The notes: generated from the sequence alone by a model not told the origin. A stretch of DNA of 64,000 nt from a virus (IMGVR_UViG_3300033074_001883:1-64000); one strand, 5' to 3'. Counted from the stretch's first letter, positions 46,375 through 54,356 are shown. Program-made: numbers and translations.

Positions 46375-48171
46375 TCAGGAAGTGCGGGTGGAGGACGGCT
46401 TGTTGAGGACCAGCTTGCCGCCGAGCGGGTTGTGGACGTTCATCGGAGCGCGGACCTCCATGCTCTCGACGAGGGCCTCGCCACCACCGCCAGCCTCGAT
46501 GGCCTTGGCGATGTCGGCGTCCGTCGGGTTGTTCGAGAGCGAGACGGCGAGGCTCTTCGCAGCATCGCTGAGGAACGCCTGCGGCTCCAAGACGCCCGTG
46601 GCCGAGCGCTCTTTGGCGTAGCGAGCGGACGAGTGGTCCATCGCCGTCTTGCCGTGACGACGCCCGAGAAGGTTGTGCTTCTGGGCGATGTCGCCGAGGT
46701 ACTTCCGAGCTGCGTGCGGGAGCTTGCCGCGAGGACCGTAGGAAGTGACGCCGTGGGCTGCGTCGGAGAGGCGCTCGCCGATGTCGCGGTGAATCTCCTC
46801 CGCCTCGCGGTGCTCGTCCTCGGTGTAACCCTCCGCGCCGTGAGCGTCGGAGTGGATGGGCTTGCCCGACGAGGTGTGACCGACGACGCAGCGCTTGCCG
46901 CTCTTGTGCGCCTTGATGAGGTCGAGGTCCATCGTGGTGAGGGCCTTCTTCGAGGAGAGACCGTGTGACTCGGCTGCCGCCTTCGCGTGTCCCGCGCTCT
47001 CGAAGTCGCCGATGTGCATCATCCCCGCGAGCTTCGGCTTGTGGAAGAGGCCCACCTTGCTCTGGGTTCCGTGAAGGTGAACGTGGAAGTGGCCACCGCC
47101 CGGAGCACGGGCCTTCACACCACCTGACTGCGGGTGAGGTGCCCACTTCAACCCCTTCGACACGTCCGGGTTCATCGAGTGCATGAGGCCGGTCGAGTGG
47201 TAGGCCGAGCGGATCTGGCCTGACGTGAGATTCTTCGCCTTGTCACCGAACTCCGCGCGCACCTTGTTGTGGAAGTCGTGCACGTGGTCGCTCGCGTGCG
47301 CGAGGTCAGCGATGTGCTCCGGCTTCATGCCGACGTGAGCCGCGAGGTGCTTGTGAGAGAACACCTTGCCGCCACCGGCCTGCGCCGCCTTGTACTGCGA
47401 GGCGGACGACGGGTTCTGCATGTGACGACGACGGACCTCGTGGAGGATGGGGCTCTTCGCCGGGTTCACCTTCGCGCCGACGACCGTCTTCCCGGGCTCC
47501 CAGCCGCCGCTGTCCACCTTCGCCCGGCTCGCCACCGGGGTAGCACCGGCCTTCGGGTTCGGGCCCACGACGTGGAGACCAGCAGGCTTCACGCCTGCCT
47601 GTGTGCGGTCCGTGTCCTCGCCTCGGTAGCCCTGCTTCATACTCGGGTTCTTGAGTTTGGGCATCGGCATCGTCGCGGCCTTCTTCATCGTGCCGGGGCG
47701 GTACTCCGTACTCGCGGTCGCGTGCTTCTGCTTCATCAGCTTGAGCCGCTTGGAGTAACCAACCGGGGCCTTCTTTTTCGGAATGCCCGACGTCTCCTTC
47801 GACTTCGTGCCGCCCTTCCACGGCATCTTCGGCCCACCGGCTCCCTTCCCGAGGTCCATGTGCCCCTCGTCGCCGAGTACCTGAATCACGAGGTCCGGGC
47901 CGGAGCGGTCGTCGGAAGCGGGCGTGGTCGAGCGCGGAGCGTTGTGCGCGAGGCCGCGCTTCGCGCGCCACTCCTGATACGCGGCTGCGTCGGTGACGAC
48001 CGGTGCGTAGCCGACCTCGGGCGCGGAGCCGTCACCGCACGCGTTCGGCACGGTGCCCTTGAGGCAGAGCGTGCGGTTCGCGACGTAGTGCAGGCACCCG
48101 TCGCACTTCGCGTTGGGCATGATGATGGTGCCAACACCAGTCGTCTCGTCGTCGGAGTGGGACTTTTTCAT
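46375..48171 (-). CDS. Basic His/Lys-rich hypothetical protein (putative internal head protein)
   Basis: 598 aa. N-terminal CxxC...C...C cluster, VVGHTSSGKPIH motif, multiple L/I/V-x-K-[AGS] sites. Confidence 0.65.
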   Translation of the reverse strand: MKKSHSDDETTGVGTIIMPNAKCDGCLHYVANRTLCLKGTVPNACGDGSAPEVGYAPVVTDAAAYQEWRAKRGLAHNAPRSTTPASDDRSGPDLVIQVLGDEGHMDLGKGAGGPKMPWKGGTKSKETSGIPKKKAPVGYSKRLKLMKQKHATASTEYRPGTMKKAATMPMPKLKNPSMKQGYRGEDTDRTQAGVKPAGLHVVGPNPKAGATPVASRAKVDSGGWEPGKTVVGAKVNPAKSPILHEVRRRHMQNPSSASQYKAAQAGGGKVFSHKHLAAHVGMKPEHIADLAHASDHVHDFHNKVRAEFGDKAKNLTSGQIRSAYHSTGLMHSMNPDVSKGLKWAPHPQSGGVKARAPGGGHFHVHLHGTQSKVGLFHKPKLAGMMHIGDFESAGHAKAAAESHGLSSKKALTTMDLDLIKAHKSGKRCVVGHTSSGKPIHSDAHGAEGYTEDEHREAEEIHRDIGERLSDAAHGVTSYGPRGKLPHAARKYLGDIAQKHNLLGRRHGKTAMDHSSARYAKERSATGVLEPQAFLSDAAKSLAVSLSNNPTDADIAKAIEAGGGGEALVESMEVRAPMNVHNPLGGKLVLNKPSSTRTS

Positions 48172-48182
48172 GGGCGTGTTCC

Positions 48183-48476
48183 TTAGACGACGGAGATCCA
48201 GAGAAGATGGTAGGCGACGGTGGCCGCGCTCGACTGCACCTTGACGTCCTTCATCAGCGCCTGCACCGGGAGGTCGACGGTCGAGAGCGGGCGCACGTTG
48301 AAGAACGTCTTCCCGCCGTCGAAGCTGATCTGGAGGATGTTCGTCGCATCCGCGTTGTGGGCGATGATGCGGGCGCTCTCTTGCCCGTTGAGGGTAGGGA
48401 GCCCGGCCCCGGGAGAGACGACTGCGGTGCCGTTGATGTGCGTGACCTTACCGCCACGCGTGAGTGCCATGGACAT
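48183..48476 (-). CDS. Small beta-rich virion-type protein
   Basis: ATG 48476 behind GAGGAG; IIAHNADATNILQISFDGG..F..V.P pattern. Confidence 0.6.
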   Translation of the reverse strand: MSMALTRGGKVTHINGTAVVSPGAGLPTLNGQESARIIAHNADATNILQISFDGGKTFFNVRPLSTVDLPVQALMKDVKVQSSAATVAYHLLWISVV

Positions 48477-48478
48477 TG

Positions 48479-49177
48479 TTAATCTCCTCGCATGCCCTTC
48501 ACCGCCGACACGCAGTCGGAGATGAGGAGCTGGGTGTTGTGGTGAACCGACGTGGACTTCTCGAAGGCGGCCTTGGTGGCATCGGCTGAGGCCGACCGGG
48601 GGACGTGCCACGCGGAGTAAGCGTAGCGCGGGAAGATGAAGCCCACCGCGTTGAGGGCCATCATGAGCTGCCCGGTGGCACCGAGCGCGCCGTCACCGAC
48701 GACGAGGAGACCGGCGAGCTTGTCCTTGATGAGGGGCTTGCCAGCCGCCGCTTGGTTCACGAACGGGTTGAGCCGCTCGATGAAGCGCTGGGTGTAGTGG
48801 TTGAGGCCGCCCCATCGAACGTCGGTCGCGAGGATGAGGATGTCGGTCGCGATGAGTTGCTCGTAGAGCATCGCCATGCCGTCGTTCGGCTGGAAGATGT
48901 CGGACTCGATGTCGTTGCGGTCGCACGGGTGCATGCACACGCGCCCGCCTCCGCCGTAGCAGCCGACGCACGGGTGGATGCGCGTGCCGGTGAGCGAGTA
49001 GTTCGCGACCTCGACATGCGCGTCACGGAGAAGCTGGGTGGCCTCCTCCGCCATCCAGCTTGAGGCGTTCGGCTCGTCGGCTCGCGCCGAGGTGATGACC
49101 ATGGCCTTGACGGCTTGGTCGCTCGGCGACGGAGACGCCTTGCTCAGGAAGTCCTCGACGGAGATGGGGGACGTCAC
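48479..49177 (-). CDS. Flavodoxin-fold NAD(P)H-dependent FMN reductase / iron-sulfur flavoprotein (WrbA/Isf family)
   Basis: ITSAR...SS.MA, IHPCVGCY...VCMHPC, DGM..LYEQL...DILILAT.V.WGG...Y...FIERL, K.AGLLVVG. Confidence 0.85.
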   Translation of the reverse strand: MTSPISVEDFLSKASPSPSDQAVKAMVITSARADEPNASSWMAEEATQLLRDAHVEVANYSLTGTRIHPCVGCYGGGGRVCMHPCDRNDIESDIFQPNDGMAMLYEQLIATDILILATDVRWGGLNHYTQRFIERLNPFVNQAAAGKPLIKDKLAGLLVVGDGALGATGQLMMALNAVGFIFPRYAYSAWHVPRSASADATKAAFEKSTSVHHNTQLLISDCVSAVKGMRGD

Positions 49178-49180
49178 CGA

Positions 49181-49369
49181 CTACCGCCCCTTCCGGAGGT
49201 CGTTGTCGTCGATGGTCTTCTTCGTCAGCTCGTCGCCGCGAGTGCCGGACTCAAGGCACGTCGGGCACGTCGAGGACTTCGCAAGGTACTTCTTGCCGCA
49301 GCCGGGGCAGGTCCACTCGTAGTTCGACGAGTCACTTGCCGAGGGGCGGGGGCGGGAAGGCTGAGGCAT
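49181..49369 (-). CDS. Small zinc-ribbon protein
   Basis: From ATG 49369: WTCPGCGKKY...TCPTC. Confidence 0.55.
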   Translation of the reverse strand: MPQPSRPRPSASDSSNYEWTCPGCGKKYLAKSSTCPTCLESGTRGDELTKKTIDDNDLRKGR

Positions 49370-49586
49370 TGGTCTGCTCCTTGGGTACGGCGGTTCGAGG
49401 TGCGTCAGGCTGTGCTTCTGCCTCGTCACCCACCATCTTCGCAAGGAGCTGGCTCGTGTTGTAGAGACCCGCTGCCCGGCGCTTCGCGAGGAGCGCGCGA
49501 CGATCGGCCTCTTCACGCTTCAACCGGTCGGCCTCTTGCTGGAGGTCGGCTTGCTGGGAGGCTGCGATGAGGTCGTCGAGGTTCAT
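49332..49586 (-). CDS. Hypothetical coiled-coil protein
   Basis: 84 aa with AAGGAG SD, first gene after the tandem terminators. Confidence 0.55.
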   Translation of the reverse strand: MNLDDLIAASQQADLQQEADRLKREEADRRALLAKRRAAGLYNTSQLLAKMVGDEAEAQPDAPRTAVPKEQTNASAFPPPPLGK

Positions 49587-49607
49587 GAGGAGCTCCTTGA
49601 AGAAAGA

Positions 49608-49667
49608 GAGGGGCGGTGACGCTGTGCCACCACCCCTCGGAACGAAACGCGCCTCCGAGGGGGCGCG
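49608..49667 (-). terminator. Tandem intrinsic terminators
   Basis: Minus strand: CGCGCCCC-CTC-GGAGGCGCG plus TTTCGTT, then GAGGGGTGGTG-loop-CACCGCCCCTC plus TCTTTCTTC. Confidence 0.7.
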
Positions 49668-49678
49668 GTGACGCGGTG

Positions 49679-49852
49679 TTACTTCTTCTTCTTCTTCGCG
49701 GCAGCAGCCAGCTTCTTCGCCGACTTGCTCTTGCCGCCCGGAGCCTTGCCGCCCTTCGCGGGCTTCTTCTTCTTCTTCTGGCTGCCACCACCACCGCCGC
49801 TGCCGCGTGCGAACACGGACAGCGAGGCGAACATCTCAGACGGAACTCGCAT
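49679..49852 (-). CDS. 57-aa Gly/Lys-rich basic peptide
   Basis: SD GAGGA; MRVPSEMFASLSVFARGSGGGGGSQKKKKKPAKGGKAPGGKSKSAKKLAAAAKKKKK-stop. Read manually; below the ORF-track cutoff. Confidence 0.7.
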   Translation of the reverse strand: MRVPSEMFASLSVFARGSGGGGGSQKKKKKPAKGGKAPGGKSKSAKKLAAAAKKKKK

Positions 49853-49897
49853 GATCTTGTCCTCTCGATTGGTTGGAACGTTACTGCGCTCGACAGC

Positions 49898-50983
49898 CTA
49901 CGCGGTGGCAACAAGTTTTGCAAAGTTTCGCTGAGCGAGCACGACGAGGTCGCTCTTCGGTGCCTTCGACTTCTTCGTCCGCCCCTCGACGGTGAACTCG
50001 AACCCCTTGTGAGAGGAGATCCACGGAGCCGATGCCATGAAGTAGCAGTCGCGTCCACGAGTAACCTTCTTGAGCGCGCCGATGACGCGCGGGTTCGATG
50101 CACCGTTGAACCAGAAGGTGACCGACTTCGGGAGCGTCGAGTGCCACACGAGGATGGCCCGCAGGAAGTCTGACGCTGCCGCGACGCCGTCCGACGAGAG
50201 CTTCTGCACGTGGAAGTTCAACTGCGGGACGATGGGTGCGTAGCGCTTCACGTCCGGCTTCGTGTCGAAGCGTGCGTAGTGCGCCATGAGGAAAAAGTCG
50301 CCGCCGCCCTCCTCCATTCCCTTCAGCGTGCGGCTCCAGTTGAAGTGGTGGTTCTGCACCGACTCGTCGCCGTAGATGGAGTACCCCAGCGGTTCGTACG
50401 CGTCGATGTCACGGCGTGACGCGAACTCAAGGTGCACGTCCTTGTCCGACGCACGCTCCAGCACGTCGTCGTACATCGCGGTCTGGAGGATGAGCTTCTT
50501 GCTCTTCGGGAGCCCCATGTAGTCCTTGAGGTCGTCCGAGTAGAACCCGCGAGACGCGCTCCACACGTGCCGCAGAGCGACTGCGTAGATGTCGATTTCG
50601 TCCGGGTACGCCGCGCTCGCGTTCCCGGCGAACGCGGACGACTTTCCGCCGATGAGTGTCACCACCGCCTTCGAGGGGGACGAGAGCACGCGACCCGGGC
50701 GGATGTTGTAGTCGGCCTTCGCGAACTTCTGCTGGAAGAGGTCGAGCATCGGGCTCTTGATGCACACGGCCGGGACCTCGACGTTCTCCACGCCACCGCC
50801 GCCGCACGTTCCGCAGGCACCGCCGCAGGAGCTTTGCTTGCACCGCTCGCGTCCACCGTTCGCTTCGCACCCGGCGCACTTGCCTGCCTTGAAGAGGTTG
50901 CAGTTCGAGCACCAGTCTTTGGTGCCGCAGGTGAGGGTCTTCTCGGAAGACGGCGGCTTCATCACGGGAACGCTCAGAGACAT
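49898..50983 (-). CDS. Cys-rich (DUF3795-like) N-terminus plus DUF4417-like domain protein
   Basis: Nine Cys in about 42 aa (C.....WCSNC...GKCAGC...C....C...C..C). C-terminal DDVLER...PLGYSIYGD...NHHFNWSR parallels recalled DUF4417 motifs (D..FER...PDFSLY.D...WNHYR). Confidence 0.5.
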   Translation of the reverse strand: MSLSVPVMKPPSSEKTLTCGTKDWCSNCNLFKAGKCAGCEANGGRERCKQSSCGGACGTCGGGGVENVEVPAVCIKSPMLDLFQQKFAKADYNIRPGRVLSSPSKAVVTLIGGKSSAFAGNASAAYPDEIDIYAVALRHVWSASRGFYSDDLKDYMGLPKSKKLILQTAMYDDVLERASDKDVHLEFASRRDIDAYEPLGYSIYGDESVQNHHFNWSRTLKGMEEGGGDFFLMAHYARFDTKPDVKRYAPIVPQLNFHVQKLSSDGVAAASDFLRAILVWHSTLPKSVTFWFNGASNPRVIGALKKVTRGRDCYFMASAPWISSHKGFEFTVEGRTKKSKAPKSDLVVLAQRNFAKLVATA

Positions 50984-51672
50984 TTTGCTAGCTCCTTCAC
51001 ACGAGACACGTGGAACGACGACGGCTTCGACTGCAAGAGAGGCAACACGACGGTGCGAGCCATTACGCTTCGAGCGTATGGTGTGAAGCCAGAGAACCCG
51101 ACGAAGGTGGTGATGCCCTTCGCCCAGAGGCGTTCGCGGACAACGCGAGCGCGCGGGGTGTGGATGACGACGTGCGACGTTGCGTCAACTACGAGTCCGG
51201 GAAGTCGCGAGTAGCCAGCGAGAACGTCGGACGGCAACGGGGGCTCGGACGGCACCGGAAGGCTCGGTACGACGAACCCGCCTCCTTGGAGTGACACTGC
51301 CTTGCCCGGGCCGGTGGAGAAGAGATGGTAGTGAGCGCTCACGAGGTTGCTCGCGGAGTGAGCGCAGTCCTCGACGACGACAAGACCACGAGCGGATGGT
51401 GGCGGCGGCGACCGAACGCCCCACAGATGAGTCAGCAGCGCGAGGCCCTCGGACCAATCCACCGCGCCGAGCATCCACGTCCACCCGTCGAGTTCGACGA
51501 AGGTGAGACGAGCACCGCGTCGACGGAGCGCCCTCACCACATGAGCGCAGTGGACGGCGGGGACGAAGACGCGCTTCGGCTTCAACGTGTCGACGAGGTG
51601 AAGGAGGCCAACGGTTGCGCTGGGGAAGGCGCGAACGCCAAGCGCCTCCATCGAGCGGAGGAGCGCGATCAT
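50974..51672 (-). CDS. DegT/DnrJ/EryC1/StrS-like PLP-dependent enzyme (shortened)
   Basis: PSATVGL, VFVPA..C..V, GARLTFVELD, THLWG, VVEDCAHS, FSTGPGKAV..QGGG (PLP Asp and Lys positions present). Confidence 0.75.
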   Translation of the reverse strand: MIALLRSMEALGVRAFPSATVGLLHLVDTLKPKRVFVPAVHCAHVVRALRRRGARLTFVELDGWTWMLGAVDWSEGLALLTHLWGVRSPPPPSARGLVVVEDCAHSASNLVSAHYHLFSTGPGKAVSLQGGGFVVPSLPVPSEPPLPSDVLAGYSRLPGLVVDATSHVVIHTPRARVVRERLWAKGITTFVGFSGFTPYARSVMARTVVLPLLQSKPSSFHVSRVKELAKCL

Positions 51673-52508
51673 GACGCCTTCTTCTTCTTGCTTGGCTTAG
51701 CCTCCGCTTTCTTCGAGGGCCTCGCGTCCGGGAGTGGCGTCTGCGACGAGTTCACCGCCATGAACTCCAACGCGCGCATGCGCTTCGCCTTGCCCTCCAA
51801 AGACTCAGCGAGGCGGTCGAGTTCGCGCTCAACGATGGTGGCGGCTTCGAGCGGGAGCGAGAAGTTCAGCGTGACCCACTTCTCCTCGTCCTTGTCGTCG
51901 TCGGTCGCGTCCTTGGTTGACGAGCGCGAGAGGAGGTCGGCGAGCACCGAGGTGTCGAGGTCCGACGCTGCGATGAGGTCTTCGAGTTGCGCCGCGTCCT
52001 TCGGCACGAGGAGCGCGAGGTCGGCGACCGTGAGTGACTCGTCGCCCATCAGAATCTCGGCGAGCATTCGGCCGCGCTTGTCGTTGTCGGGGCTGCCGCG
52101 AAGGTAGTTGAGCGTGTCAGTGAGGAGGCGGGCTTGAGCGTCATCGACGTTAAGCACGAACGAATCGACCGTCTTCTGGTTCAGCTTCCTGAGCACCTTC
52201 CATCGGTGGAAGCCGTCGATGATCTCGTACATCCCCGGGGAGCCCGGCGCGGGCCTCACGACGATGGGCGGGATGGCACCGGTCTTGTCGAGGAGCCGTG
52301 TGATGCCTGCCACGAGCCGAGCCTGAAGCTCGGGTGCCATCGAGTTCGGGTTCCACGTGTTGGGCTTGACCGAGTCAATGTCGAGGGCGAGCGTCTTGCC
52401 GCCTGCCTTCGGTCGAGCTTCCTCGGCGACCTTCTTCGGCTTCGCCTCTGCTACCGACTCGCCCTTCACCTTCGCCAGCTTTTCGCGCAACTGCTCCTTG
52501 AGACCCAT
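51669..52508 (-). CDS. ParB/Srx N-terminal domain protein (IbrB-like)
   Basis: IDSVKPNTWNPNSM...IPPIVVRP...YEIIDGFHRW...LN.LRG. Confidence 0.85.
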   Translation of the reverse strand: MGLKEQLREKLAKVKGESVAEAKPKKVAEEARPKAGGKTLALDIDSVKPNTWNPNSMAPELQARLVAGITRLLDKTGAIPPIVVRPAPGSPGMYEIIDGFHRWKVLRKLNQKTVDSFVLNVDDAQARLLTDTLNYLRGSPDNDKRGRMLAEILMGDESLTVADLALLVPKDAAQLEDLIAASDLDTSVLADLLSRSSTKDATDDDKDEEKWVTLNFSLPLEAATIVERELDRLAESLEGKAKRMRALEFMAVNSSQTPLPDARPSKKAEAKPSKKKKAS

Positions 52509-52537
52509 TCACGCTCCACACGACCACGAGGAAGACT

Positions 52538-52921
52538 TCAGGCTGCGTAGACCACGGTGACGACGACTGAGGTCGCGCCGGGGTTCTGAATCGACAACGA
52601 CGTGAGGCCGCTCCCGTAGACGAGGTACCGCGCCGGGTACGACGGAGGGTTGGTCCCGATGCCGGTGCGCGGCGCGATGTCGAAGAAGCCGAGGCCGTTG
52701 AGGTTCAGCCGCACCGCCGAGGCGCACTGCACGTAGAGGAACTTGGCGGCGATGCCACCGAGGCTCACCGTGGCACCCGCACCGACTGAGACTGCCTGTG
52801 TCGTCGCGTTGCCGAAGTCGTCGGTCACCTCGTCGTCGCGTTGCGTCCGCTCGAAGTGCTGCGTCGTCTCGGTGGAGTCGCTGCTCAGGAGAAGCGTCAA
52901 CTTCGAACGGAGTCGGGACAT
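52538..52921 (-). CDS. Hypothetical beta-rich protein
   Basis: 127 aa, first gene of the ParB operon. Confidence 0.6.
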   Translation of the reverse strand: MSRLRSKLTLLLSSDSTETTQHFERTQRDDEVTDDFGNATTQAVSVGAGATVSLGGIAAKFLYVQCASAVRLNLNGLGFFDIAPRTGIGTNPPSYPARYLVYGSGLTSLSIQNPGATSVVVTVVYAA

Positions 52922-53034
52922 GCCGACGGTGTACCAGAAAGATGCTGGTTACCCAAGCGACTAGCGCTCGGGTTTGGAGGGACCAGCGACTCCACCACGG
53001 TTTTTACGGAGGGTGACTCCTGCGAGTGCCGCTT

Positions 53035-53505
53035 TTACGCGGCCTCATTCTGGCGCTTCATCGCGCGGAGCTTGGCCTTCAGCTTCTCGGCAGGCGAGAG
53101 GTTCTTCGACGCCTTCGGCTTCTTCGCCACGGGCTTCGGGTCGTCCTTCTTCGCGACCTTCTTCTTCGCGGGCTTCTCGACCTTCGCGGGCTTCTCGACC
53201 TTCGCGGCCTTCGCCTTCTTCGAGGGCTTGACCGACTTCGGCCGCTTGCCTTCGCCCCACACCGTGGGCTTCGAGGTGCGCTCCGTCTTCACGCCTGCCG
53301 GAGCGGGCACCGCCTTGTTGAAGGCCTCGACGAGCTGCTGAAGCAGGCCCGCCATCGAGACCCCGAGCGACTTCGCCCGGCGCTCGAAGCCCTGCGCCTC
53401 CTTGATGGGGAAGCGGTACGTGGAGAGGTAGAAGTCCTTCCCCAGAGCACCGCGCTCGTACGGCTGCGGGATGACCGACAACACCACCTTCTTGTTCTTC
53501 GACAT
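53035..53505 (-). CDS. RHH-like DNA-binding protein with histone H1-like Lys/Ala/Pro tail
   Basis: TYRFPIKE...FERRAKSLGVSMAGLLQQLVE (ribbon-helix-helix) followed by KVEKPA repeats. Confidence 0.65.
   Translation of the reverse strand: MSKNKKVVLSVIPQPYERGALGKDFYLSTYRFPIKEAQGFERRAKSLGVSMAGLLQQLVEAFNKAVPAPAGVKTERTSKPTVWGEGKRPKSVKPSKKAKAAKVEKPAKVEKPAKKKVAKKDDPKPVAKKPKASKNLSPAEKLKAKLRAMKRQNEAA
53163..53205. repeat. 18-bp tandem coding repeat (KVEKPA)
   Basis: CTTCGCGGGCTTCTCGAC occurs twice in tandem, followed by a partial third copy. Confidence 0.7.
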
Positions 53506-53587
53506 GACACGCTCCCTTGAGCATTGGTTAGCGCCCGTGAATGGGCGAACGGGGACCCTAACCTTCACTGGAGCGGAACGTCAATAA

Positions 53588-53782
53588 CTACTTCGCGTCG
53601 AGCTTAGCGAGCAGAAGCTCGTACAAGAACCGCTGCACCGTGACGTCCCGGCCGTGCACGTGAGCGAGGAGGCGGGTGTGCACCTTCTTGGGGAGCTTGA
53701 GGTTCACTCGGATAACCTCGTTGCCGTACTCGTTGGCGCGCATCCACTTGCCTCGCGCAGGAGTGCTTTTGTCTTTTGCCAC
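53588..53782 (-). CDS. Ribbon-helix-helix (Arc/CopG-like) regulator
   Basis: IRVNLKLPKKVHTRLLAHV...VTVQRFLYELL. Confidence 0.65.
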   Translation of the reverse strand: MAKDKSTPARGKWMRANEYGNEVIRVNLKLPKKVHTRLLAHVHGRDVTVQRFLYELLLAKLDAK

Positions 53783-53964
53783 TGTGGTTCGTCCTTGAGG
53801 TGAATGAGACCGCGCTCTAGCTCGCCGAACTTGACGACGTCGAGACCGAGAGCGGCTGCTGCTTGGCGAAGCGTAAGCTCAAGCTCGGTCCGGAACGCGC
53901 GGAGTTCGCCCTTCGGGGGGACTTGCGTGTTCTCGGCAGTAAGCTCAATGAATGGAATCGCCAT
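53704..53964 (-). CDS. XRE-type HTH protein
   Basis: From ATG 53964: LRAFRTELELTLRQAAAALGLDVVKFGELERG. Confidence 0.65.
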   Translation of the reverse strand: MAIPFIELTAENTQVPPKGELRAFRTELELTLRQAAAALGLDVVKFGELERGLIHLKDEPQWQKTKALLREASGCAPTSTATRLSE

Positions 53965-54001
53965 CGGCCAAACGAAGCACGGAAGGCAAGGTTGACGCAA
54001 C

Positions 54002-54355
54002 ATGAAGGTCCTCTGCATAGACGACGACCCGTCTGTCGCTGAACTCGTAGCCGAGATCGTCACCTACTGCGGGCACACGGCCGTGGTGCTGACTGACCCG
54101 ATGGCGTTGGTGGTGCACCTCCGAGACCCTGACCTCGGCGCGGTGCTGACCGACTACATGATGCCGAAGCTCGATGGCATCGAGGTGCTCACCATCGTCC
54201 AAGAGACAAGCGCGCCCCGGGTGCGCCGGGTGCTCATCACGGCGGCCCCGCAAGAGGCTGCGGTGAAGGCGGCCTCGGTGAGCGGAGTGGTGCAACTCGT
54301 CATCTCGAAGCCGCCGCGCATCCTCGACGTGAAGCTCGCGCTCGCGTGGATGTGA
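54002..54355 (+). CDS. Stand-alone response regulator receiver (CheY-like)
   Basis: KVLCIDDD, VLTDYMMPKLDG (phospho-Asp), VLITA, ISKP. Confidence 0.92.
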   Translation: MKVLCIDDDPSVAELVAEIVTYCGHTAVVLTDPMALVVHLRDPDLGAVLTDYMMPKLDGIEVLTIVQETSAPRVRRVLITAAPQEAAVKAASVSGVVQLVISKPPRILDVKLALAWM

Positions 54356-54356
54356 G

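Noticed and set aside
51669-52508. Plasmid-prophage partition system (parABS)
   Set aside because: No ParA ATPase nearby and no clear HTH/parS. The NPN...DGFHR signature fits IbrB/Srx-like ParB-N enzymes.
46375-52921. Terminase genes expected upstream of the portal
   Set aside because: No Walker A/B plus RNaseH-like terminase motifs were found; terminase is presumably outside the window.
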